DNA of 64,000 nt from IMG/VR virus record IMGVR_UViG_3300045988_112739. One strand, 5' to 3'. Below the pieces are notes generated by a model. It had not been told where the DNA came from. It made no database searches and saw only the letters and a program-made list of their open reading frames with translations. Positions 50,017 to 58,515 of this stretch are shown here, one piece after another. Made by a program: the position numbers and the translations under genes. Numbering within the stretch: position 1 is the stretch's first letter; each line of letters starts with the position of its first letter. This DNA is from a virus.

Positions 50017-50718
50017 TCACTTACAACTAGCACAGAATTTCTGACTATTACTCTTCTTGGGAACTACCAATCCACATTTTTGACAGGTCATATAACCATT
50101 AGGATTAAAATATCTAAAATACTGATAATTCAAATTTCTATAATCAGTAATCTTTAATGCTGTATCATCACCTTGTAATATCTTATCCGTAAACGAATAC
50201 ATCACCTTTGTAGCAACTGCACCTCTAGGCTTACTAACGCATAAAGTAAGCAATCCTAAATCATAAAGGCTATCTATCATAGAGTTGAAATCTGTTCCCG
50301 ACCAAGACAATCCTGCAAGCCTAAATACTTCTCGTTCGTTTATATAAAAACGATTATTGTCATTGAACTTAAACAAACACAGCATAACGAAAGCAAATAC
50401 TTGCAAGCTCTTAGTACTAAGAGATGAAATTGTTTTCAATTCATATTCACTAAAGGATAATTCTCTGCGTTTAAGTTCCGGATTGTTCTTAGCCATAGAA
50501 ATCATAATATTTATCTTGGCTTGCTTAACCTCGTAATTACCGCCACTATCAAGAATAATAAGTTTTCTACAGAGTTTAGAATAGACTTCCTTTTCATCTA
50601 AACCCTGAGAAAAGTATAATTTTGCAAGAACAATTCCTTTTTTTATTATGTTATAGGTTGTATCTATTTCTTGATTATTAAGTTCTAAAGCATAATTATA
50701 TTCATCAAAAACAATCAT
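50017..50718 (-). CDS. hypothetical protein with C-terminal zinc ribbon, translationally coupled to the polymerase gene
   Basis: ATGA overlap with polymerase stop; …CQKCGLVVPKKSNSQKFCASCK. Confidence 0.55.
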   Translation of the reverse strand: MIVFDEYNYALELNNQEIDTTYNIIKKGIVLAKLYFSQGLDEKEVYSKLCRKLIILDSGGNYEVKQAKINIMISMAKNNPELKRRELSFSEYELKTISSLSTKSLQVFAFVMLCLFKFNDNNRFYINEREVFRLAGLSWSGTDFNSMIDSLYDLGLLTLCVSKPRGAVATKVMYSFTDKILQGDDTALKITDYRNLNYQYFRYFNPNGYMTCQKCGLVVPKKSNSQKFCASCK

Positions 50719-51611
50719 ATTAAGTTCACTTCCTTTATCGAATATCTCTTGCCTAAGTAATCTACGCCGTTTTCATCAAATATAGGATACTCTACTTTAG
50801 TGGCTTTAGATTTTAAGTTTTCTACAACTATATCTCCAAATGTTTCCCAAATAAAAATCTTGGATTTTGTACTAAAATATCTATAATAAATATCTATAAC
50901 ATAATCGCAAGTCTTTCTGGCATCTGAACAAATAGATGTAATCTTGTTTTCGTATTCCTCGATAAGCGTTGTTATCTCTTGTGCATAACACTCTATGTCA
51001 TCTGTAGGAGTAAACATAATATCTGTTTCGACAGATTTTCTTTCTGCAATTATTCCAGCGTGACGTTTATGGAATTCTTTTATAATTGCTTTTAATTGAT
51101 TGTATAATTCTTTATCGTCTAAGTCATAATTACCAGACATAAGGACTTTATAATCAAAAGGTTGTCCTTGTTTTTTCCACTTGTTGTCAAATTCTGTATC
51201 TTCTACATACTCTGCAAGTATATTCATAATACATCTATTTTTAAGCAAAGGAGAAAATCTATTGTATTGATATAAGAACTTGCTTTCTTCGGAAGTCTTA
51301 TTTTTCTTTCGCATAAGTTCCGTAAGGTCACACTTAAACATAACTCTACAAAGCTGTTTGTAGTTTCTTTTACTAACATTGTAGTGTGTCATTATTTTAG
51401 GATAAACATATCCAAAGAAATATGGTTTTTTATCTGCGCAAATTCTATTGTTAAACGCAATTTCTTGATTTTTAAGAATTGCAGCTCTTTTTTCTTCTTC
51501 TGGCATATCTTCTGTTATTGAAACGTACTTTTGCTTTTTATTCCAGTATTTAGGAGGTGGCACAAAGACATCACCTTTGGCACTATCAATTGCCGTAAAA
51601 CTCCACACTTT
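50715..51611 (-). CDS. DPBB RNA polymerase (YonO/RdRP-like), exon 4
   Basis: Track ORF 50715..51614. In-frame 3' splice candidates after G at 51621, 51612 or 51603, so the 5' boundary is uncertain by about 9 nt either way. Confidence 0.7.
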   Translation of the reverse strand, partial: KVWSFTAIDSAKGDVFVPPPKYWNKKQKYVSITEDMPEEEKRAAILKNQEIAFNNRICADKKPYFFGYVYPKIMTHYNVSKRNYKQLCRVMFKCDLTELMRKKNKTSEESKFLYQYNRFSPLLKNRCIMNILAEYVEDTEFDNKWKKQGQPFDYKVLMSGNYDLDDKELYNQLKAIIKEFHKRHAGIIAERKSVETDIMFTPTDDIECYAQEITTLIEEYENKITSICSDARKTCDYVIDIYYRYFSTKSKIFIWETFGDIVVENLKSKATKVEYPIFDENGVDYLGKRYSIKEVNLI

Positions 51612-51937
51612 CATGTGGTACAGACTATATCTTCATCTTTCTCTATTGAGTTAAGATGTTCGGCACTTCCACTAAATGAATTTCACATTTAGTGTACCAA
51701 ATTCATAGGCATATCACTTGGACTTAGCCCGTGTTTTGTAGTCGTTTGACTTTCAAAATCGTTTCTGATTAAGCTTAGCACAGGATTGTCATATCAAAAA
51801 AAAGATTTAGACTTCCCTGTTAGCATGGCTATTATCTATCATTTCCTATAGATACTAAACGTTAGCCATACACCCTAGATTTCTAGGTTCACCGAATTTT
51901 TAGCTATATATTTCTATATAGCGGTAGCAACAAATCT
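51612..51937 (-). ncRNA. group I intron X3 in RNA polymerase gene
   Basis: P1 is GGUAGU| with GCUACC (6 bp incl. U.G). P2 is GCTATATAGAAATATATAGC. Core elements: 24-nt block GGTGAACCTAGAAATCTAGGGTGT, GCTAACAGGGAAG / GACAATCCTGTGC (P4), AAACGACTAC (P7), GAAGATATAGTC. Confidence 0.9.
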
Positions 51938-52213
51938 ACTACCTTGGTAAAAACGAAGTAAAGATATACGTTTTTTTATTTCTTTGTATTCATTACTATC
52001 TTCTGGATAATTAGCTAACATAGCTATAAGACTAGAAGCTATATTAGTAATAAATCCTATTTTAGTATTGAAACTTTTGGTGTCCATTGTGGCAAAGTTA
52101 TTTGCACTTATTCTTTGTTCTTTTGCTTTTTTCTTTTCGTAAGTTATTGTTGGCTGATTGTCAATTACTGCATTGACTACATACTTATTGTCTGTAACTA
52201 AAAATAAATCTCC
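51938..52213 (-). CDS. DPBB RNA polymerase, exon 3 (92 codons)
   Basis: GDLFLVTDNKYVVNAVIDNQPTITYEKKKAKEQRISANNFATMDTKSF…RISLLRFYQGS; only open frame between introns; length divisible by 3. Confidence 0.8.
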
Positions 52214-52559
52214 CTTTTATACCCTGACTTTCGCCATACTTTAACGCTGATTTAACAGCGGGAATAGACTATATCTTCATCTATTTTCATAGATGTGTGG
52301 CACTTCGATTTAAGAGGATTTCACTCACTGAGAATTTCACTCAGCCCTACTTCTATTGTTCTTTTTAGGATAGAACTAAAGAATAGTCGTTTAACGATTT
52401 TGTTCGCACAGGATTGTCATGTCATAAGATTTAGATTTCCCCTGTTAGCATATCTTCTATTTACCATTTCCTGTAAATCCTAACGTAAGACATACACCCT
52501 AGATTTCTAGGTTCACCACAATATCATATATCATTGCTGAATATATGAGACTAAATTCA
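52214..52559 (-). ncRNA. group I intron X2 in RNA polymerase gene
   Basis: Same 24-nt block (52494-52517). Core elements: GCTAACAGGGGAA / GACAATCCTGTGC, AAACGACTAT, GAAGATATAGTC, P9 hairpin CGCTGTTAAATCAGCG. Ends AGGGTATAAAAG. P1 is only GAU| with GUC. Confidence 0.9.
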
Positions 52560-52565
52560 ATCGTA
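52560..52565 (-). CDS. DPBB RNA polymerase, 6-nt micro-exon TACGAT (Tyr-Asp) or duplication scar
   Basis: Lies between the terminal G of X1 (52566) and the first nt of X2 (52559). In frame; yields D-A-D-Y-D-G-D. Confidence 0.55.
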
Positions 52566-52864
52566 CATTTATACCCCAATTTTCATTGTACTTTAACGCT
52601 GATTTAACAGCGGGATTTGACTATCTCTTTATCTGCTGTTGCAGATATGTGGCACTACGGAATAATGAATTTCACATTAAACCTCTTGAACTCTCGTTCG
52701 TTTAGTCGATACACCTTTCCTTTGTTAAGGACTTGGCACGATATCATCATGTATAATAAATTATATTTAGACTTTCATCGTTAGCCAGCTTGAAGCTGAC
52801 ACCCTAGATTTCTAGGTTCACCACATTCTTAACCAATATTACTATTGGCTCGGACTGACATTTT
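52566..52864 (-). ncRNA. group I intron X1 in RNA polymerase gene
   Basis: P1 is CGGAU| with GUCCG. P2 is CCAATAGTAATATTGG. Core elements: 24-nt block (52799-52822), TATCGACTAAAC (P7), AGAGATAGTC, P9 hairpin CGCTGTTAAATCAGCG. Ends GGGGTATAAATG. Confidence 0.9.
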
Positions 52865-54553
52865 ATCCGCATCGGAGGCGTTTATCGCTTCCATTCCCCA
52901 TATGTTAAGTATATTACCACTATAAATATACTTAAACCACTCTTTACACTCGTCTGAATGATTTATAAAACATTTTTGATTTTCTGAAAAGTCTACTAAA
53001 GGAGACCGCATAAGTGCAACTACATTCGTTCCTTTATCAACCCATCTTTTATTCCAACATTCTCTTTTTCCAAGCAAACCATGAACTTCCATACCTAATG
53101 CGTGTTCGCATAAAGCATAAAGGTCTGGGATAGAAAAGTCATAGCTTCCCTCTACCAAAAGCTTACCAATTTTAGTTTGTCTTACTTTCTTTTCTAGCAT
53201 AAGATTAATTTTATTTCTTATATAGCTGTCGTTAAGTATTGCATCATTATACATTAGTGCTTTTGCAATAGAAGAATCTTGATTTTTTTCAATCGAAGTG
53301 TATTCATCGTCTTCGTCATGGCTTCCTAAAAGAAACAACATGGAATAAAGTTTATCTCCAGTCATTATCTTTTTTATCCAATCTAATGAAAAATCTGCTA
53401 ACTGTTTTATACTTTCCTCTGTAAATTTATTGGACTGGACATATTGATAATTCATAGGAGTGTAAATGTTGTTTTGCTTTTTAGTTACTCTTGCTACACC
53501 AAAGATATGATTGAACTTTTGGTGATAGTACATATACTGTTGCCAATTCTCATATTTCTTTGCCATTTTAAATTGACTTTTAGTAAGTATGACATCAATA
53601 TCATCAATGTTATACTCCACACCCCAAAGGTCTGTAATGACTTCTTTGTGTGCAACTTCTTTTGCAAATTTATGAAAATCAAATATTGATACAAGTCCTT
53701 TTATCCAGCAAGACCTAAGGATAAACGAAGCAGGAAGATAATCTAATTTCAAATCTTCTTGCCAAAGTTTAGCCATTTCGGGACTAATCATTCCTGCACC
53801 ATCAAAGGCGTTGATTTCGAAATCCATTATTTTATCTTGAACATCTTTTTCACCTTTAGGATTATCATAAATCCATTTTATATTCTGGTCTTTTAATGTG
53901 TATTCAAAATCATTAACTACACATATTCTGGGTTTTCTAACCTGTCTTGTCGCACTAGTATAGAGTGCGAAGTATGCGCTGAACTTGGCGAGGTTAATTT
54001 TACCTATACTCTGTCTTGTCAAACCACACATCATTGTTCGTTCTAGCAAATTATGAATACTAGAATCGACAAATATCGCAGAGTTTCTTCTCAACTGTCC
54101 TGCTCCTGCGCATAAACGGATATAGTGTGTAGTTACAGCTTTACCTCCTAAATCTACCGTAACTGTAAATCCATTTTTGCAAAGGTCTTTGTAATCTTTT
54201 TTAGTGGTGTCTACTTTTACTGATACTATTTCTGGAACAAACAGTAAATTTTCGATTTCCTTTTGTATCTCTAAAATTTCATTTGAATGTTCGTTACTTT
54301 CATTTAATTGCTTTAAGTGATTTCTTTTAGAATACAAATTTTGAATGTATTCTTTTTCGAATGGTCTTTCTTGAATTTGTCGTATAAATCTAAGAAGTTG
54401 ATTGTCTCCTAAAGCAACCATCATACCCAGCTCTTTTGCAGAACGCAAGGTAAATCTCATAGATTTATCATTGCTCATGATATATGATGTGTTTATCTTT
54501 AGGACATTAAACAAATCCATTTTAGCCAATTTATCAGTCCTTTCAATAGACAT
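52865..54553 (-). CDS. DPBB RNA polymerase (YonO/RdRP-like), exon 1 (563 codons)
   Basis: Ends …VVALMRSPLVDFSENQ…WGMEAINASDAD. Track tail KMSVRANSNIG is intron read-through. Compare eukaryotic RDR …NPCLHPGD…SGSDLDGDLYFV… (recollection). Confidence 0.7.
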
Positions 54554-54576
54554 TTGTAGCCACTTGCTACGTTTAT

Positions 54577-54614
54577 ATTATATCACAAATTATTTATTTT
54601 GTCAAGTCATTTTA
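54577..54614 (-). promoter_or_regulatory. sigma-A type promoter of the polymerase gene (same family)
   Basis: AAAATGACTTGACAA…TGTGATATAAT: TTGACA 54605-54600, 17-nt spacer, TATAAT 54582-54577; ATG at 54553. Confidence 0.7.
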
Positions 54615-54818
54615 TTAAAAAATTATTTTTTTCAAAAAAAATATATTATAATAAAGTATTATAATAATATATATAATATAAATAATATTTCTAAACATGA
54701 AGTTTATATACAATATATTTTTATCTTTAAATATAAAGTTTATAAAGAAGTTTATATTATATTTATATTTATCTTAACAATAATTATATATTAGAATTAA
54801 ATAATATATATTTCTTTT

Positions 54819-54848
54819 AGTAAATAGAAAATATATTTTCTATTTACT
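54819..54848. repeat. perfect 30-bp palindrome in AT-rich control region
   Basis: AGTAAATAGAAAATA|TATTTTCTATTTACT. Confidence 0.9.
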
Positions 54849-54912
54849 ACATTAGTTCTTAGAATAAGAAGTTTATAATATTTTTTTATTTCTTGGTATT
54901 TATATTATATAT

Positions 54913-54951
<39 letters not shown>

Positions 54952-54991
54952 ATAAATAATAAATATATATCTAAATATTAATATTAATCAT

Positions 54992-55019
54992 GGGGTTTCC
55001 TCTGGGGTTTTAGGGGTTT
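54992..55019 (+). repeat. three GGGGTTT(T) direct repeats (iteron-like)
   Basis: GGGGTTTCCTCTGGGGTTTTAGGGGTTTT; a fourth degenerate copy AGGGTTTT near 55056. Confidence 0.8.
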
Positions 55020-55163
55020 TTGAAACGAGAGTTTTACAGGTGTTTCTGCATTTTAGGGTTTTCGAAATTAGTGTTGTAACAAAAAATATTTTTCAAAAGT
55101 GAAACTTTTTTGTAACTTCGTAGGACTACTATATTAGAGAAAAATATTTTATATAATTTTTTT

Positions 55164-55201
55164 AAAAACGACTTGACAAAATTAAAATTTTGTGATATAA
55201 T
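55164..55201 (+). promoter_or_regulatory. sigma-A type promoter of the plus-strand early arm (same family)
   Basis: AAAACGACTTGACAAA…TGTGATATAAT: TTGACA 55173-55178, 17-nt spacer, TATAAT 55196-55201; AAAGGAGG RBS and ATG 55222 follow. Confidence 0.7.
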
Positions 55202-55221
55202 TAAGTATAAAGGAGGATATA

Positions 55222-55446
55222 ATGAGATTAAGAAAATGGTTTGAAAAACTTATATTTGTTCCGTGGTTTATAGTTAAAACTAATACACAATACAAAAGAA
55301 AACTCAAAATTTATGGCAAAATAACATATAAAGATGTAGAAGAATTTTATCGCAATTTAAACAGATTGTATGTGCATAACTATTGCTTATTTCGGCAATA
55401 TATTACTTGCTTTGTATTTTTATGTAAAAGGTGGAATAAGATTTGA
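55222..55446 (+). CDS. hypothetical early protein
   Basis: Strong RBS AAAGGAGG; 74 aa. Confidence 0.6.
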   Translation: MRLRKWFEKLIFVPWFIVKTNTQYKRKLKIYGKITYKDVEEFYRNLNRLYVHNYCLFRQYITCFVFLCKRWNKI

Positions 55447-56012
55447 AAACAGTTATCTTTAGCGTGTTTCCAGCGTGTGGCAAAACATGGTTGTTTAAAA
55501 ACCAAAAGAAGTTTGGTTTAAAAATATTAGATAGTGATAGCAGTGAATTTAGTTGGATTAAGATAATAGACGAAGACGATAGACAAAGGAATTGTAATAA
55601 TCCAGATTATATGCCTAAATATATAAAAGAAAGAAACCCAGATTTTCCCAATAACTATATTAATCATATTAAAGAAAATATAGGCAAATATGATTATATT
55701 TTTGTTAGTAGCCATGATGTTGTTAGAAATGCTTTGGATGAAGAGGGAATTAGTTTTGTAATTGTTTATCCGAGTATAGATTTGAAATCTGAATGGGTTG
55801 GTCGTTGTTTTGCTAGGGAACAAAATGGCGAAAGTGGTTGTACTACGAAAATTATGAATGATAACTATGATAAATGGATAAAAGAATGTGTTTTTGTAGC
55901 AGAAACTCACCCGCATATTATATTAGGGCGCAACGAATATCTTAGTGATTATTTAATGAAAAATGACACTAGATATGGGTATATGATGAGAAATTGGGGG
56001 ATAGAAAAATGA
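55443..56012 (+). CDS. P-loop NTPase / kinase-like protein
   Basis: Walker A FPACGKTW; TTG start overlapping upstream stop with AGGTGG RBS. Confidence 0.55.
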   Translation: MKTVIFSVFPACGKTWLFKNQKKFGLKILDSDSSEFSWIKIIDEDDRQRNCNNPDYMPKYIKERNPDFPNNYINHIKENIGKYDYIFVSSHDVVRNALDEEGISFVIVYPSIDLKSEWVGRCFAREQNGESGCTTKIMNDNYDKWIKECVFVAETHPHIILGRNEYLSDYLMKNDTRYGYMMRNWGIEK

Positions 56013-56023
56013 TAAGAAGGAGT

Positions 56024-56304
56024 GATAAAACTGAATATATTAAGTCTTTTTGACAGTATGGCTTGCGGAATTTTATATATTCGATTTACACATTGGGCAT
56101 AAAGCAATTTTAACTTTTTGACAATCACCTGTTTTTACTCTTAAAGAAAAGCACGAAGCAATAATACACAATTGGAACAAAGTGGTTACAAAGAAAGATT
56201 GCAATATTTTATGCCATAACTACGATGGATATAAACCTATAATGGCAAGAATTATTGATAAAGCAAAAGAACTTGATATATCTGTTGCAGATGTATTTTT
56301 TTAA
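56024..56304 (+). pseudogene. patchwork of decayed gene remnants (C5-methyltransferase N-terminus fused to a truncated metallophosphoesterase)
   Basis: (V)IKLNILSLFDSMACG = motif I (LFxGxxxG) of C5 MTases. A +1 shift then gives IFDLHIGHKAILTF*, followed after an in-frame TGA by …KEKHEAIIHNWNKVVTKKD… (MPP motifs I-II). The GD/GNHD core is missing. Confidence 0.5.
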
Positions 56305-56329
56305 TCAATTTAGAGGGTGAGTTTAGAAA

Positions 56330-56578
56330 ATGAGTATTGATAAAATGATTTCAGCAAAAGAAGCACATGAACAAACAACAAATAACAAGAGGGCTATCTT
56401 GAATCGTGAACTATTTGAGATAGAAGGCAAAATCAAAGATGCCATAAAATATGGAAGATTTGAATGTATGATTGATTCTCCTGTTTCTGAAGAAGCTATG
56501 AACATTCTTAAAGAATGTGGTTATGAGATAAAGCAAGGAAATCAATACAATATATGTTATACAGACATTAAATGGTAA
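56330..56578 (+). CDS. hypothetical protein
   Basis: 82 aa, RBS AGAGGGTGA. Confidence 0.6.
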   Translation: MSIDKMISAKEAHEQTTNNKRAILNRELFEIEGKIKDAIKYGRFECMIDSPVSEEAMNILKECGYEIKQGNQYNICYTDIKW

Positions 56579-56588
56579 GGAAATAAAT

Positions 56589-56858
56589 ATGACTAATTCA
56601 ATAAATCACAAATGCCCTTATTGTGGTTACACAACAGAATTTGACTGTTGGAGGAAGAATGATAAGGGTGAATTTGAAACAGCGACTATTCAAGGTGATG
56701 AATCATTCATAATTATTAAAAGCTGTGAGCCTGATACTTATGCTTTTAGAACTGATACAAAAAGAAAAGCTGATTGGGGTTCTCCTGTTTATGAAAAAAT
56801 TTTACTTTTAGGGTGTCCGAAATGCGGGGGTATTTCGTTTACTAAAGATTTTTATTAA
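56589..56858 (+). CDS. zinc-ribbon protein
   Basis: CPYCG…CPKCG. Confidence 0.6.
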   Translation: MTNSINHKCPYCGYTTEFDCWRKNDKGEFETATIQGDESFIIIKSCEPDTYAFRTDTKRKADWGSPVYEKILLLGCPKCGGISFTKDFY

Positions 56859-56878
56859 AGATTTTAAGGAGACAAATA

Positions 56879-57109
56879 ATGAAATCTAGTATTACTAACA
56901 GAAATGAAAAAACATCTGAAATTTCAAGAATAAATCTGGCACATTATGGGTTAAGTATGGCTGTTATGAAAGAGGTTAATCCTTGCTTATATTGGCATGA
57001 TGCTTCTAAGTCGCTTAATTCTGTGCCGTTTGACGATAATACATTAACGATTGACTTTAATGATACGCGTGAAATAGAATTTCTTATTCAAACGTTGCAG
57101 AGTTTTTAA
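56879..57109 (+). CDS. hypothetical protein
   Basis: RBS TAAGGAGA. Confidence 0.55.
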   Translation: MKSSITNRNEKTSEISRINLAHYGLSMAVMKEVNPCLYWHDASKSLNSVPFDDNTLTIDFNDTREIEFLIQTLQSF

Positions 57110-57167
57110 GTACATGCAAAGGACAATGCGTATATAGAAAAGAAACTTGGAAAGACGATAATCGTTA

Positions 57168-57497
57168 ATGGGAGACATTTATGGCAAAATGGTTAATCAG
57201 ACAATAGCAGAGAAAATACGTCAAAGACGATTGCAGATTTTGGTACATAGTTTTATTTATTATGATTTAGATGACAACATAATAGACGATGCTACATGGT
57301 CTAAATGGGCTTTTGAATTAAAAGATTTGCAAGAAAAATTTCCAGAAATAGCTGATAAAGTAATTTATGCAGATACTTTTAGAAATTTTGATGGTTCTAG
57401 TGGTTGTGATTTAAACTATAGAACGCCCGAAATAATGAATAAAGCATATCAACTTTTGAGGTATAGAGATGAACATGGAGGACAAAATGACGATTAA
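57168..57497 (+). CDS. protein resembling the N-terminal (Ia) helical domain of NAD-dependent DNA ligase
   Basis: …LQILVHSFIYYDLDDNIIDDATWSKWAFELKDLQEKFPEI… follows the LigA pattern Yy…isD.eYD.l…L..lE..fPe (recollection). Confidence 0.35.
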   Translation: MGDIYGKMVNQTIAEKIRQRRLQILVHSFIYYDLDDNIIDDATWSKWAFELKDLQEKFPEIADKVIYADTFRNFDGSSGCDLNYRTPEIMNKAYQLLRYRDEHGGQNDD

Positions 57498-58515
57498 TCA
57501 AATTAAAGAAAAATTAAAATCTAAAGACTACGATTTTTTAAGAACTGATAAAAATTTAGGAAACAACATTATATTATTGACTATTGGCGGCTCTTATGCT
57601 TACGGAACAAATAACGAAAACAGTGATATTGATATTAGAGGCTGTGCATTAAATACAAAAATGCAAATTCTAACTAATCAAAATTTTGAGCAAAGAGTCG
57701 ATGTAAATACAGATACTACAATCTATGCTTTTAATAAATTGGTTTCTTTGCTTAGTAGCGTAAATCCTAATACAATAGAACTGTTAGGAAACAAACCAGA
57801 ACATTATTTTTATGTTCACCCTATGGGGCAGGAGTTGCTTGACAATTCACATTTATTTCTTTCCAAAAGAGCCATATATTCTTTTGGTGGATATGCTTCG
57901 CAACAGTTAAGAAGATTATCAAATAAAGCTAATAGAGAAGTGTGTCAATCCGAAAGAGAAGAATATATCTTGAAATCTGTGGAAAATTCTTTTTATAAAA
58001 TTAAACAGAACTATTGTCAATTCCCAGATGATAGTATCAAGCTTTATGCAGACACATCTGATAGAGAGGGTTATGATACAGAAATTTTTATGGACGTTAA
58101 TTTAAAGCATTATCCTCTTAGGGATTATAAAGATATTTGGGCTGAAATGAATAGTGTCGTAAAATCATATAATAAAATGGGCAAAAGAAATCAATATGCA
58201 ATAGAGCGTGGTAAACTGGCTAAACATATGATGCACTTAATTAGGCTTTACTTAATGTGTTTTGATATTCTTGAAAAAGAACAGATAATTACTTATAGAG
58301 ATAAAGACCATGATTTTCTAATGGATATTAGAAATGGTGAATATCTTGATAAAGACAATCAGCCTATTGAGGAATTTTATGAAATGATTGACAAGTTAGA
58401 ACAAAGACTAAAATATGATAGCGTAAACACTAGTCTCCCAGATAATCCTAATTACAATAAAATTAATGAGTTTGTTGCTAGTGTAAACGAGAGGGTAGTG
58501 AAAGGTGAGTTCTAA
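57487..58515 (+). CDS. nucleotidyltransferase-fold protein (Pol-beta superfamily, RlaP-like)
   Basis: TIGGSYAYGTNNENSDIDIRGC = GS-x(n)-SD-x-D NTase signature; GGAGG RBS before ATG 57487. Confidence 0.6.
   Translation: MTINQIKEKLKSKDYDFLRTDKNLGNNIILLTIGGSYAYGTNNENSDIDIRGCALNTKMQILTNQNFEQRVDVNTDTTIYAFNKLVSLLSSVNPNTIELLGNKPEHYFYVHPMGQELLDNSHLFLSKRAIYSFGGYASQQLRRLSNKANREVCQSEREEYILKSVENSFYKIKQNYCQFPDDSIKLYADTSDREGYDTEIFMDVNLKHYPLRDYKDIWAEMNSVVKSYNKMGKRNQYAIERGKLAKHMMHLIRLYLMCFDILEKEQIITYRDKDHDFLMDIRNGEYLDKDNQPIEEFYEMIDKLEQRLKYDSVNTSLPDNPNYNKINEFVASVNERVVKGEF

Noticed and set aside
52295-52483. 62-aa plus-strand ORF inside intron X2, considered as a possible homing-endonuclease gene.
   Set aside because: It is on the wrong strand relative to the intron, has no LAGLIDADG/GIY-YIG/HNH motif and no RBS. 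It is a chance ORF.
51870-52822. Identical 24-nt repeats (ACACCCTAGATTTCTAGGTTCACC on the plus strand) spaced about 300-620 nt apart. I briefly considered a CRISPR-like or other repeat array.
   Set aside because: The spacing is irregular and far too long for CRISPR. The repeats are the conserved 5' core of three paralogous introns, and no cas genes are present.
54992-55065. G-quadruplex formed by the GGGGTTT repeats.
   Set aside because: Only three G4 tracts are closely spaced. The fourth G-run is GGG and lies about 40 nt away. An iteron-type protein-binding repeat seems the simpler reading.
55527-55916. 129-aa minus-strand ORF inside the plus-strand P-loop gene. Similar cases are 56323-56505, 58520-58735, 58816-59052, 60434-60625 and 63618-63806.
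   Set aside because: These are antisense shadows within a uniformly plus-strand, RBS-supported gene array.
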